Shown here piece by piece: positions 1-9,747 of a stretch of 64,000 nucleotides of DNA. The notes below the pieces were generated by a model that saw nothing but the letters and a program-made list of their open reading frames with translations, did no database searches and had not been told where the DNA came from. The position numbers and the translations under genes are program-made. Numbering within the stretch: the stretch's first letter is position 1; every line of letters begins with the position of its first letter. This stretch comes from Ophelia neglecta (Eukaryota). The stretch spans positions 4,588,001-4,652,000 of the forward strand of contig OZ260664.1 in assembly GCA_965285935.1 (NCBI GenBank), in the 5' to 3' direction.

Positions 1-1131
1 ACTTTTAACATGGGTTATTTGTGTCTTTGGTAAACGATCCATTCTCATACTTGGTGCGTATGTTTGGAGTGGATAATCCTCGTTTATCTCGTGCGTTACG
101 CTTCTTAGGAATCTATACCCGAATATTTCTTTCATAAATGTCCGGAATCTTTGACCAAATACGAAATAAACAAGGAAGTTAAGAGATGAGTTTATAACCA
201 TAAATAATTGACTTACAAGATTCAATCTGATGAGTGCTTTACTGAATTCCCTTGTGAATATGGCCGTTTTAATCTTCCGCTCAACAACTGCTGCCATTCT
301 TAGAAATAGTTCGGGCGTCTCACAGACAATAAAAAGTAGAACAATTATAATTAAGACCCGAGTGGCGTTGTTCTCGCTGTAGTCTGAGGTAGTGCTACTG
401 TGCCGATGACGCCTCTTTGAGTTGTAAATAGCCTGCACAAGGCGAGCGTTCATATAGGACAATGCGAAAAGGGGCACGATATACAGCAGGATTATACACG
501 CCCCCTGTTTGTAGATGTCGTAATAAAGTGGATGATTGAACTGAGGGCTGGTCACACTACGAATTAAAGTAGTATTATTGCAGGGATTAAACCACTCTAC
601 GATACAGCTGTCAAAATATCTGGGCAGGTTAAAAATGATACCAGCGATAAAGACACACACAGCTGTCCTTCGTCTAGTGTCTCTTTTGAACATTTGAAGT
701 GCAAAGAATGGCTTACATATGTAGATATACCTGTCTAAAGTAACCAGTACAATAGTCCAAATGGTGATGGTCTGACAAGTCTTTAGCATGGGAAAGATGA
801 CTGGCTGCATCTCGATATAGTGGCGGTACACGGGAATCAAATACTTTAGCGGATATCTTAAAATTGCAACTATAAGATACAGTCCATCAGCCAGAGCCAG
901 CACCTGAAGTAGTAACGTGACCTCGCGCCTCTCCTTGTCTCGACGAAAAACAACAAAAGTCAATACATTACCAAATATCCCTAACAGACACACGAGCCCG
1001 ATCAGATAAAGCTCTACCAAACGTTGTAGGTTAATAAAAGGGCGGCTCACGGAAGCTGCCGATACGTTGTCATGTAAGAGAAAACATTGTGAAATATTCA
1101 TCACAATGAGACCACACCCTTGATTATACAT
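1..1131 (-). CDS. Intronless class A 7TM peptide GPCR, FMRFamide-receptor-like; 3' end beyond the window
   Basis: Hand translation is open from ATG 1131 (or 1101, MNIS) to base 1. Motifs: TM1 LGIFGNVL, TM2 LALADGLYL, TM3 TIWTIVLVTLDRYIYICKPF, TM4 FNLPRYFD, TM5 YIVPLFALSYMN, TM6 FIVCETPE, TM7 VINSSLNFLVY, helix 8 GQRFR. Absent from the ORF track because the stop is outside the window. Confidence 0.95.
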   Translation of the reverse strand, partial: MYNQGCGLIVMNISQCFLLHDNVSAASVSRPFINLQRLVELYLIGLVCLLGIFGNVLTFVVFRRDKERREVTLLLQVLALADGLYLIVAILRYPLKYLIPVYRHYIEMQPVIFPMLKTCQTITIWTIVLVTLDRYIYICKPFFALQMFKRDTRRRTAVCVFIAGIIFNLPRYFDSCIVEWFNPCNNTTLIRSVTSPQFNHPLYYDIYKQGACIILLYIVPLFALSYMNARLVQAIYNSKRRHRHSSTTSDYSENNATRVLIIIVLLFIVCETPELFLRMAAVVERKIKTAIFTREFSKALIRLNLVSQLFMVINSSLNFLVYFVFGQRFRTFMKEIFGYRFLRSVTHEINEDYPLQTYAPSMRMDRLPKTQITHVKS

Positions 1132-2312
1132 TACCGTAATTAAATAGTGGCAAAGGGAATATGGCTGTAACCTTTGGATGAAAAAGGAAAAGGCGATTGC
1201 GCTGTTCTGTATGCTGAATAGTGTCAGGTATTGAAGTAGTTCGGATTGCGCTCTTGTCTTCTGAAGAATACTGTATTCTGATAAGAAGTGTCTTCTGAGG
1301 AGTTGTTTCGACTGATGTATAGTATCTTCTGATGAGTATTGTTAGGTTTTGAAGTAGTGAAGAAACCCTTCAGCAAAAGAAATCATATAACTATATATAA
1401 CCAAATTACTCAGCACTTTTACCATTACACCATTGGTGTTAAAGAATGTCAGAAACATAGAAAAAGCGTATGTACACAACTGCTGCAAGGCAATGACTCA
1501 TTGGTTTCTTTGTTGTTGAGATTTTTTATTAATAAAAATCTAAAAGGATTGACCAAGGCGAGGTTATTCCACTTTTTTTCCACTATGTAGATTTTATCCG
1601 ATAATTAGTTTAAGCTATCACGTTATCACCACAACTGTAGTAGAGAATCATGTCAATGACCAGTTCCATGGAACTCTATACGTCTCAACAGACAAGCACA
1701 ACAACGCACTATGGTCACAGATGACCATTTATATGAAAGTAAATCACATTCATTCAATCTGGTCAGTTCAGGAACATAGACATTGACGAAGTATCTATCC
1801 TTTGACCTGTGTTGTAAGCCACTATTCCAATATAGTGGTCTTCTTAAGGATAAATGTGGCACGATGAATCCTATATATTAGCTCTGCCCTCAACTGACAG
1901 GTTGTCCTTTTACAATGAGCAGAGCACAGGTTGGACAAGCCTTGTTCTGGTTTCCAATCAATGTTATTTAGTTCGGGCGAAGAGTTGGTTGAGACAAGGT
2001 AATCTCCGTTAATAAATAAACGATTTGGTTCGGGCTAGCCAAATTTATATAGCTGATGAATAATGGCCCCAAAGAGACTGAATCCGATTTGGCTTTAACA
2101 TCCAGAGTATCCTTAATGCCGCACTTGTTGACAGGTTTGCAAGTGTACAGCGTTGCGCTTGTCACACCAGGCATGGTCAAGGTTGAGATAATCTAAAATG
2201 GGTTTTGTCTTCGTATTTCCACAGTTAGAGCAGCGGTCAAGTAAAGTGCGCGATATTCTGACGTAGTGAATTGCTTAAATAAGTCTTAGTCCAACGCCAT
2301 GAGGAAGCTTAC

Positions 2313-2426
2313 CTGCTGATGCCACTAGTACATAATCCTTGTCATTAAGATCAGCTCTATGCTTTCCAATTTTACATTAAGATCCCGAATCTCCCAAATT
2401 AAAGTTACTGTATTCACAGTTGGGTC
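2313..2426 (-). other. Candidate 114-nt exon, possibly 5'UTR exon of the GPCR
   Basis: Strong acceptor ttttgttttattttccag and donor CAG|GTAAGC on the minus strand, ~1.2 kb upstream of the GPCR ATG. Confidence 0.35.
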
Positions 2427-3192
2427 CTGGAAAATAAAACAAAAGTATTTAATATAATTCTCTGTCAACCTTTATATATAACAGCTCAATGTTATAACAG
2501 CCCAATAATTGAAAACTTCTAACCAGAAGATTGGACATCCAAAACATGACAGAATATGAGTTTTATTTCATTACTCCAGGTTTAAATATAGGGAGAGAAG
2601 TCCAGTGTTTACAAACGTGTTATACAGAAATATGTTCATTTACCGTCAGGCTATGGGCCAAAGTCCTAAAAGCGGACCTGCGGCTTTTACAGTCCCGGAT
2701 GGCGCTCATTATATGTGTCAGGAGATGCTTCGTCCACAACTGGTCAGACGTACACCAAAATTCAGTGACTTTATTAGGCTTGAAAGAAGAATATGGACCA
2801 CTTCGAAAACAAAAACTCCTTGTTACGACGCAATGATAATGTACACAATTTCAACACACTGTCATAATAGCTAACACAAGACATGCCTATTCACCGCGAA
2901 GACCCACTTACGAGTAAGGTGGTTTGCCTTCCTTTATAGATTGCCTTGTATTGGCCGCGCACTGCGCTTTCGTGCACTATGCACGACCATGTAGGCCATC
3001 CAAGATGATTATATCTAAATACGAGAGTGTCCCACGCCGACTTGTAATGTTCAAGGAAAATAGCCTATGGTAGGAATTGTAATTAAAAAAAGAAATATAA
3101 TTATTAAAACAGTAAGTTAATCACTAGGTTGATATAAAATAGGCGAGTTTCCAAAAAAAACCCGGCTACTTGGATGTTATATTCAGTTTTCT

Positions 3193-3437
3193 GGGCCCGA
3201 TTTCTAGAAGCAGTTTTAACTCTTTAATTGGATTGAAATCAGGATTGTAGTGATTAAAGTGCTTAATCGGTCTTCACTCGCTGAGCGGTGCTTTTGGAAG
3301 CTGGATTAGGCCTCAATCCTGGTCAGTGTGGTCATGAACTCGGTCTCGGTCTTTGGAAATAAAGATTATATGCTCTGGTAATCGCTTAAAGCCTAATCTA
3401 ATCACTAAACTTTAGACGGCTTCTAGGAACCGTGCCC
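3193..3437. mobile_element. MITE with GGGCCC terminal inverted repeats (PIF/Harbinger-like)
   Basis: Left gggcccgatttctagaagc and right gcttctaggaaccgtgccc are imperfect inverted repeats; related copy at 9517-9747. Confidence 0.65.
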
Positions 3438-4216
3438 CGTGGATTTGATCCCATAATTGAAAGTTGACTGAAGCTACGAAGGATTTCTGGCAATAGGGAA
3501 CGACAGGAGGGAGTACCTTGATGACAAGCTGCAAACAATGGTGATTATAAGTGAAAACTGTATATCAAAGGCTGGTCTCTTTTGACACTGGTCATATATG
3601 ATAACGCATGAGTACTAATCTATATATATTTTGTATATTAAGTATATATTAAGGGGGGCAATATGCCAAGTATAGTTTCTTACGTTTACTTCCCACTGTG
3701 ACAAAAACAAACGTATTCATATATTTTATCATACGAGCTGATATGGTCCGCCATTTAAAACATTTTGCAATGAAGCAAATAAAACAATTTTACAGTGGCT
3801 ACGTGTCCTGCAGAAATCCAAATGCACAATGCATAAAAATCTGAAATTTGTTTTATTTCTACATAAATGTTTTAATGTTTTAACGGATAAAGCCATCAAC
3901 ATACAGGATCTTTGAAAATCAAAATAAATTCAATTAATTCAAATACATATGATTGATTGATTGATTGATTTCTTTATTTCCTCCAATTCTGGAGAGTAAG
4001 CACAGTAAACATATATATCAAATCAAATAGTAAGGTTACAAAACTTAAAGTAAGAAAATGGCTTGAAAAAGTTATGAAGAAGAAACATAGGGTTAATTAC
4101 ACACAAGAAAGATTATACGACACATGTACAACTTTGTCTAGCGGCATAAAAGTATTAAGCATTTACAGCGAACCCAAGATTCTACCTGATCGTAGCTTAA
4201 AGGGCGACCTTCATGT

Positions 4217-7200
4217 CTACCTATACACGTTTTCACCGAGCAGAGCCGAGCGGACGAGATATAGCGAGTGGATGAGACGTGCAACAACGTCGCCCTCCGG
4301 AGCACCGCCGGCAGACAACAACCAGAGGAACACGTCTATATCACAATGTGAACACGAGTGTGAACACCGGGATTCGACGAGTTGACGTAGCGGGCCTCGG
4401 TATGGTTCTAGTACATGGCATCTTAACAGGAGGTGAATGTCGTCTTCGGGAGCTTGCTGGCACATACGACAGAGATTAAAAAAGGGGTTAACAGAGGGAG
4501 TTGGCCATCCGACTACCCGCCTCCGGTTGACCTCAATACAAATGTCCCCCACTGATAGCTTAACCATGAAGCGGCACGCCCTAAGACTGCCCGGTATCCT
4601 GACAGCTGTTCGCCACCAGTCACTCATCATTGGCTTAGTGTACACAGTGCGGAAGGTTGACAGACCACCGTATGTCAGGCACGAAGCTCGGAAATAGCTG
4701 TCAGTCGAGAGCTTGATAGCCCGACGAACAGAGGTTTTCCAACGATGATTTTCCGGAGGCACCCTGCTGAAAATGATATCTTCCAACAGCGTGTCTAGGC
4801 CGTATTTGTGGCATGCTCGGGTCATCTGAGCGATTGGGCCTACTCGTGATTGGTCTCCTTCGTGTTGGATGTCCAACACCCGGTGGATCACCAGGTTCCG
4901 TAGAAGTGAATTCGGCTTTGCTGTAAGAAGGCTGTATAACAACAATAACCTGTTGTAGTCCAGCTCTGCTTCTACAGAAAACCATCCTAGAGTGCTGTAG
5001 CTTACAGGCAGGGGTACGGAAGGAGAGAGGCCCTGGATCCGCTTTCCATGAAACCTGTGTGCCGTCTCTAGATTTCCTAGGTCTGAGGGAGACATGTCTA
5101 CCAATTCCAGACCATAGAGCATGCTGGGGAGTACGATACTACGGTAAAGTTTACTGGCTATGATAGGCTGGAGTCCTCCAGACGAACTACCCATGCCAAA
5201 TAGCGCATTCATAGCCCGCCTTGCCTTTGAGATTCTCTCGTCAATCACTTCTGTCATACACTTGCAGTTCTGCGTAGTCGGGATGCCCAGATGAGAGCAG
5301 CTCTTCGTGGGAAGAAGGTGGTGACCGTCGACGAGAAGGGCAGAGTCCTTCCTTTTGTGTGCCTGTAATGGGTGGAACACCATGTAGATTGACTTTTTCG
5401 CGTTGAAACTAAAGCGCCATTGCCTACTATAATCCAGCGCAGCATCTACTAGCCTCTGCAGATTAGTCAGGAACAGGGACATGATGGCAACGTCATCTGC
5501 GTACGCGGGATCTCCACATGAATATTGGTATATACTAGTGCAGAGACCCATATTTTCCAGCAGCTTTAGGAAGTCGGCAATGTAGATTTGGTATAGCCTC
5601 ATCGAGAACTTCCCTCCCTGAAAGACTCCTTGTAACACCGGGAAGAATTTAGAGAGCGATCCGCCCAGTCTGACAGAGCACCGGAAGTCACTGTACCACA
5701 GTAGCAAAATCCTCCACAGCTTCCCATCTATACCAATCCGATACAGTTTGTGAAAGAGGCCATCGATCCAGACGCGATCGAAGGCCTTTCGAGTGTCCAG
5801 GAAAGCAACATGTACCGAACTTCCTCTTTCATTGTTATACGCTATCACCTCACGAACAAGTAATGCAGTGTGTTTACTGGAGAGCCCCGGCAAGGCGGCA
5901 CCTTGCATCCGGCAGAGTCGGTCATCACTTATTAGCCAGTCATCACATCTCGACAGCAGGGCGCCCTCAAAAAATTTGCACAGCACCGTGAGTAGGGTTA
6001 TCTTACGATAATTGTCTTTTTCCTTTCGGTCCTTCTTCCCTCCTTTGAAAAGGGGTATAGCGATTCCTCTCCGGAAGGAATCTGGCAAAATTTCGTGCTT
6101 TACTATCCCGTTAACTAGCGCAGTGAGGGCAAAGGCAGTGTTAGTACCACCATAGTACACGTGCTCTGGGTCGATGCCGTCGTGGCCGCCTGTCTTACCA
6201 CAGTTCACTTTCAACATTAGTTTTTGAATTTCAGGCACTGTAAATGGTATTGACAAGAAGGGACACGGATTATATTCTGATGAACGACGCATCTCGATAA
6301 TCGAAGACTCAATATGGCTCTTGAACTTCTCGTCGTATCCCCCGTCATTGCTGGGAGTAGCAAGCTTCTCAAAGTAAGCCCTCCATTCCTCACACATCGC
6401 TTCTGGCGTAGCTACCATTTCCCCTGACTCTGTACGTATTGGGCTGAAACGGGGGCCCTGGGGGGCTTTCCTGCGTTTGTTGACTAGGTACCAGAAGAAA
6501 CGGTGATCCAATTCGTGGCTGTCACAGAGTTTCACTTGTTCTCTATGTTCATATTCATGCTCGGCATGCCGCCGGGCTTGTCTATACACTCGTTTGGCGT
6601 CTTTATAAGCTCTATAGATCGGGTTTGAAGCATCTCGGGGGCGTCCTGCCAGGTCCCATCTTTCCCGACATTCAAAGTTCTCGTTTTTGGTTTTACTAAG
6701 GCCTCTTGACCAATAGGGTTTCAAGTATGGCCGATAGCACGAGGTTGGAAGACAGTTGTCCGAAGACGCGTGGAAGGCCTTGCTAAGGTTGTTTGCGAAG
6801 CTGTCTATGTGACTAGAATAAAGACAGGGCTCGTCATCTTCAGTGCTGAGACCATACTCCGATATCAGCTGCGATAGCGCGGCTTGCAGCGGAGTAGTAT
6901 ACAGTTCATTTTTCTGTACTCGGCTTAATCTATGCCACGCTTTTTTTTGCTGAGTGAAAACAATGGGGGCATGAAATACAAAATGATCTGTCGACACAGC
7001 GATATATACAGGTAGGTGGTCTGATGTATTTTGTACACACTCGTCAAAGACACTTACACATTTTACATTATCAGACATACTATCAGTTAAAAGGCAGTGA
7101 TCTATATATGACATTCGCCCGGAGCTATTACAAAAAGTATATGTCGGTCCTGTACACCTGTTTGACAAATCGACCAATATCAGGTCGCTCTCCTTACAAA

Positions 7201-7771
7201 GGTTGAGGATACTACGACCGTTAAGGGTAGAGGAACCCCATCCTCTCGGACCACCCTCCGGACCAATGTGGGCATTTAAATCACCTAATACTACACATGG
7301 TCCCGCTGCTTTCTGGACTTGGATTAATTCGTATAACTGATCTATGACATGCGAGGGATCTGCTATACGACAACCTTCATAGGGTAAGTATACACCAATA
7401 ACATTGAATACATAGTGATCGTTAGAGACTTGTAAGCCAGTGATTCTGTCAGAGTCAGAGCTAATTATCGACACATTAGTGATTGTTTTACGATAGAGTA
7501 TAGCGATACCTCCGTGTCCTATCTTATGACCGTAGTCTGCACAGTCAAGCATAGAGCTGGCTTTAGCAGTTTTGTAACATGTAAAATCATTGTGAATATC
7601 ATCCAGTTTGTAAAGCTCACATTGGTACAACCAATGTTCGGTCACGACAAGAATATCACATTTATCAAGTAGTTCACACAAATATTGTCTTTTACCATGA
7701 ATGCCATGGGCATTCCATGTAATAAAACGAAGGCAGTTACTGTATTGTGAGTCTATGTTTGATTCTACCAT
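4217..7771 (-). CDS. LINE ORF2: apurinic-like endonuclease, reverse transcriptase, C-terminal CCHC zinc knuckle (1184 aa)
   Basis: APE motifs TWNAHG, TEHWL, GDLNAH, YIDH, SDHLP. RT motifs YRKITLL, FLDTRKAFDRV, GVFQGGKFS, YADD, HLGI. C-terminal CRMC..ED..HLLLRC. Confidence 0.97.
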   Translation of the reverse strand: MVESNIDSQYSNCLRFITWNAHGIHGKRQYLCELLDKCDILVVTEHWLYQCELYKLDDIHNDFTCYKTAKASSMLDCADYGHKIGHGGIAILYRKTITNVSIISSDSDRITGLQVSNDHYVFNVIGVYLPYEGCRIADPSHVIDQLYELIQVQKAAGPCVVLGDLNAHIGPEGGPRGWGSSTLNGRSILNLCKESDLILVDLSNRCTGPTYTFCNSSGRMSYIDHCLLTDSMSDNVKCVSVFDECVQNTSDHLPVYIAVSTDHFVFHAPIVFTQQKKAWHRLSRVQKNELYTTPLQAALSQLISEYGLSTEDDEPCLYSSHIDSFANNLSKAFHASSDNCLPTSCYRPYLKPYWSRGLSKTKNENFECRERWDLAGRPRDASNPIYRAYKDAKRVYRQARRHAEHEYEHREQVKLCDSHELDHRFFWYLVNKRRKAPQGPRFSPIRTESGEMVATPEAMCEEWRAYFEKLATPSNDGGYDEKFKSHIESSIIEMRRSSEYNPCPFLSIPFTVPEIQKLMLKVNCGKTGGHDGIDPEHVYYGGTNTAFALTALVNGIVKHEILPDSFRRGIAIPLFKGGKKDRKEKDNYRKITLLTVLCKFFEGALLSRCDDWLISDDRLCRMQGAALPGLSSKHTALLVREVIAYNNERGSSVHVAFLDTRKAFDRVWIDGLFHKLYRIGIDGKLWRILLLWYSDFRCSVRLGGSLSKFFPVLQGVFQGGKFSMRLYQIYIADFLKLLENMGLCTSIYQYSCGDPAYADDVAIMSLFLTNLQRLVDAALDYSRQWRFSFNAKKSIYMVFHPLQAHKRKDSALLVDGHHLLPTKSCSHLGIPTTQNCKCMTEVIDERISKARRAMNALFGMGSSSGGLQPIIASKLYRSIVLPSMLYGLELVDMSPSDLGNLETAHRFHGKRIQGLSPSVPLPVSYSTLGWFSVEAELDYNRLLLLYSLLTAKPNSLLRNLVIHRVLDIQHEGDQSRVGPIAQMTRACHKYGLDTLLEDIIFSRVPPENHRWKTSVRRAIKLSTDSYFRASCLTYGGLSTFRTVYTKPMMSDWWRTAVRIPGSLRACRFMVKLSVGDICIEVNRRRVVGWPTPSVNPFFNLCRMCQQAPEDDIHLLLRCHVLEPYRGPLRQLVESRCSHSCSHCDIDVFLWLLSAGGAPEGDVVARLIHSLYLVRSALLGENVYR

Positions 7772-7774
7772 GAT

Positions 7775-9349
7775 TTAACTAGAATAATAACTGTCGTAAT
7801 TACAATAGTAATCGTTGTCTTTGTCGTAGTCGTGGCTGTAGTACTCGTGTTCTCGCCTGTCATCGTAGTCTCTCTGTCCAGATTCTACGCGCTCACGGCG
7901 ATTGTACTGCTGGTCGTACCGGTGATTGTTAAGTTGGCGATCATGATCCCGACGTCTTTGTTGTCTTTCCTCTCGACTGACTCTATTAGGGGGTTCAGAT
8001 GACCAGACACGGCAATCTATACCCTCCGGCCAGAATCCCGCGTTGAGGCATCGGTCAGCCTGTGAGGCCGGAACTACGATCATACAGCCCAGCGATGTGG
8101 TGTAGACACCGCGTCTAGGCCTTATCACTCGGGCCGAGATTATAGTGATGTTTTTGGTGTTTGTCCAACCTCTAAGGTTAGATATAATGTCCTTGTCCGA
8201 TTCTTCTTCTACGTAGATGTTTTGTACGTAAAGCGAGGTGTCGTCTTCGCGCCTGTGACCTTTTAGGGCTGACCCCGTCCTTTTGGTAGGTCCACAAGCT
8301 GCAGAAGACCGGTTTGTAGTGGGGTCGGGCATTGGTTCAACGCCACTTCGTTGGTTGTGCCCTTTCCTTCGTCGGTTCTTTACATCCGTCCATAGACCTT
8401 CTTTTTGAGTGAGGACGCCGCTGTAGGACGTTTGTTGCTCAGACACCTGTTCATTTTTATCGGTCCAACGGAGTGGTTCAGATGGCGATGATACGGGAGC
8501 TACAGATGCGCTTGGCTCCCTGCCGATACCAGATACACGCTCATTGTTAGTTTGGGTTTTGAGCGACACCGAGTCAGTCTTAGATTTTCCATCGTTTATT
8601 TCTATTTCCGCTTCGTGGGTGGTCAAGTTTGGGACTACAGCATTTGTTGTTTTCCCGCCGCTTGTCATGACACTATCTTCGCTACTTTTTGATTGGTCAC
8701 TGATCATTTGTAGGATGCGCGCTAGCAGACCATCAATGGTGGTTTGTTGTGCTGTCACCCTCTCCTTCAGGTATGCAATTTCTCCATTACATTTACAGTT
8801 ACACCCTTTCTCCAAGTCTGTGACTCTTTCAGAAAGGGATTGCACAGTGGCGGCAACTCTAGCGATCTCTACCATGGCCGGAAGCGAGCTTGGGTCCGGT
8901 TTGGTCGTTTTCAAGTGATCTGGTGTATCCAACTGGTTCTTTTGGGCTTTGACAACTTCGTCCGGGAGTATTGACATGGAACTAAAACAGTTCCTAGGGA
9001 GGTCGTTCAGGAGACAGGAAACATAGAGATATAGGGATAAGACATCCTCGGCCAACGCCTCCTGAGCTCTCTCCCCACGACGATCTTTGGGTTTCAGGTT
9101 AAACCCTTGGCATATACCGTTCGCCTCACATTGTTCGTCGAAGCGTCTTGTAGCTTCGGCAAGAAGGCAGTCGCGGGCATCCTTTAATTCTTCCCGGTCT
9201 ATATCGCGGGCGAGGGACTCTATTACCACTTGCCTTGGATCTATATCAGCTTGCAACAGAATATTGGAGATGGCACCGTGAATGTCTTGCAGGATTGGCG
9301 GTCGTGGCATTTGTGCACTGTCTATCTGGGTGCCGACTAGTTGAGACAT
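7775..9349 (-). CDS. LINE ORF1 (coiled-coil plus RRM-like nucleic-acid chaperone, 524 aa)
   Basis: Directly upstream of ORF2. Heptad-like VQSLSERVTDLE..IAYLKERV segment; C-terminal LYVQNI...FWPEGIDCRVW motif typical of LINE ORF1; R/D/Y-rich tail. Confidence 0.9.
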   Translation of the reverse strand: MSQLVGTQIDSAQMPRPPILQDIHGAISNILLQADIDPRQVVIESLARDIDREELKDARDCLLAEATRRFDEQCEANGICQGFNLKPKDRRGERAQEALAEDVLSLYLYVSCLLNDLPRNCFSSMSILPDEVVKAQKNQLDTPDHLKTTKPDPSSLPAMVEIARVAATVQSLSERVTDLEKGCNCKCNGEIAYLKERVTAQQTTIDGLLARILQMISDQSKSSEDSVMTSGGKTTNAVVPNLTTHEAEIEINDGKSKTDSVSLKTQTNNERVSGIGREPSASVAPVSSPSEPLRWTDKNEQVSEQQTSYSGVLTQKEGLWTDVKNRRRKGHNQRSGVEPMPDPTTNRSSAACGPTKRTGSALKGHRREDDTSLYVQNIYVEEESDKDIISNLRGWTNTKNITIISARVIRPRRGVYTTSLGCMIVVPASQADRCLNAGFWPEGIDCRVWSSEPPNRVSREERQQRRRDHDRQLNNHRYDQQYNRRERVESGQRDYDDRREHEYYSHDYDKDNDYYCNYDSYYSS

Positions 9350-9516
9350 GGTTCATAGGTTTGTAAGTAGTTCTTCTACACGTCTACCGATTGACCTTTG
9401 TCAGAACCTCCTGGTTAAGAAACTACTTACGCTCTCCAACGGCCAGCCGGACGGCCGCTTTCACACTTGAGCGATGTGTATGCTATTCTCTGGAAGAATA
9501 ACGGCGATAATACCCA

Positions 9517-9747
9517 GGGCCCGGACAGCGGTCTTAACTCTTAATCGGATTTAATTCAGGCTATTAGTGCTTAAACGGTTTTAACTTGTAATCGGGGTTT
9601 TTCAAAGCTGAATCTGGTATCAAACCTAACCTTGCGGGTCTTAAACGTATTCCTGATCGATAGAAACACCGAATAATGTGGTCTCGCTCAATCGGTAATA
9701 GACTAAATTTATCCCTAAACTTATGACCGCTCCTAAAAGCCGGGCCC
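9517..9747. mobile_element. MITE with GGGCCCGG...CCGGGCCC termini, relative of 3193-3437
   Basis: Terminal inverted repeat, similar length, and shared internal words (ttaactc(t)ttaat, agtgcttaa, ctaaactt) with the 3193 copy. Confidence 0.6.

Larger units (their letters stand above)
3950..9470 (-). mobile_element. Apparently full-length non-LTR retrotransposon (LINE): ORF1 + APE-RT-CCHC ORF2, (AATC)n tail
   Basis: Two uninterrupted ORFs. The 3'UTR ends in a CTCCA-GAAT-TGGAG stem-loop, AATAAA and (AATC)5. GC-richer than flanks. 5' boundary approximate. Confidence 0.95.

Noticed and set aside
4074-9281. Small plus-strand and alternate-frame ORFs within the LINE
   Set aside because: Shadow ORFs of GC-richer coding sequence with no recognisable motifs.
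3935-9500. Target-site duplication for the LINE
   Set aside because: No matching direct repeat found at the two ends by eye.
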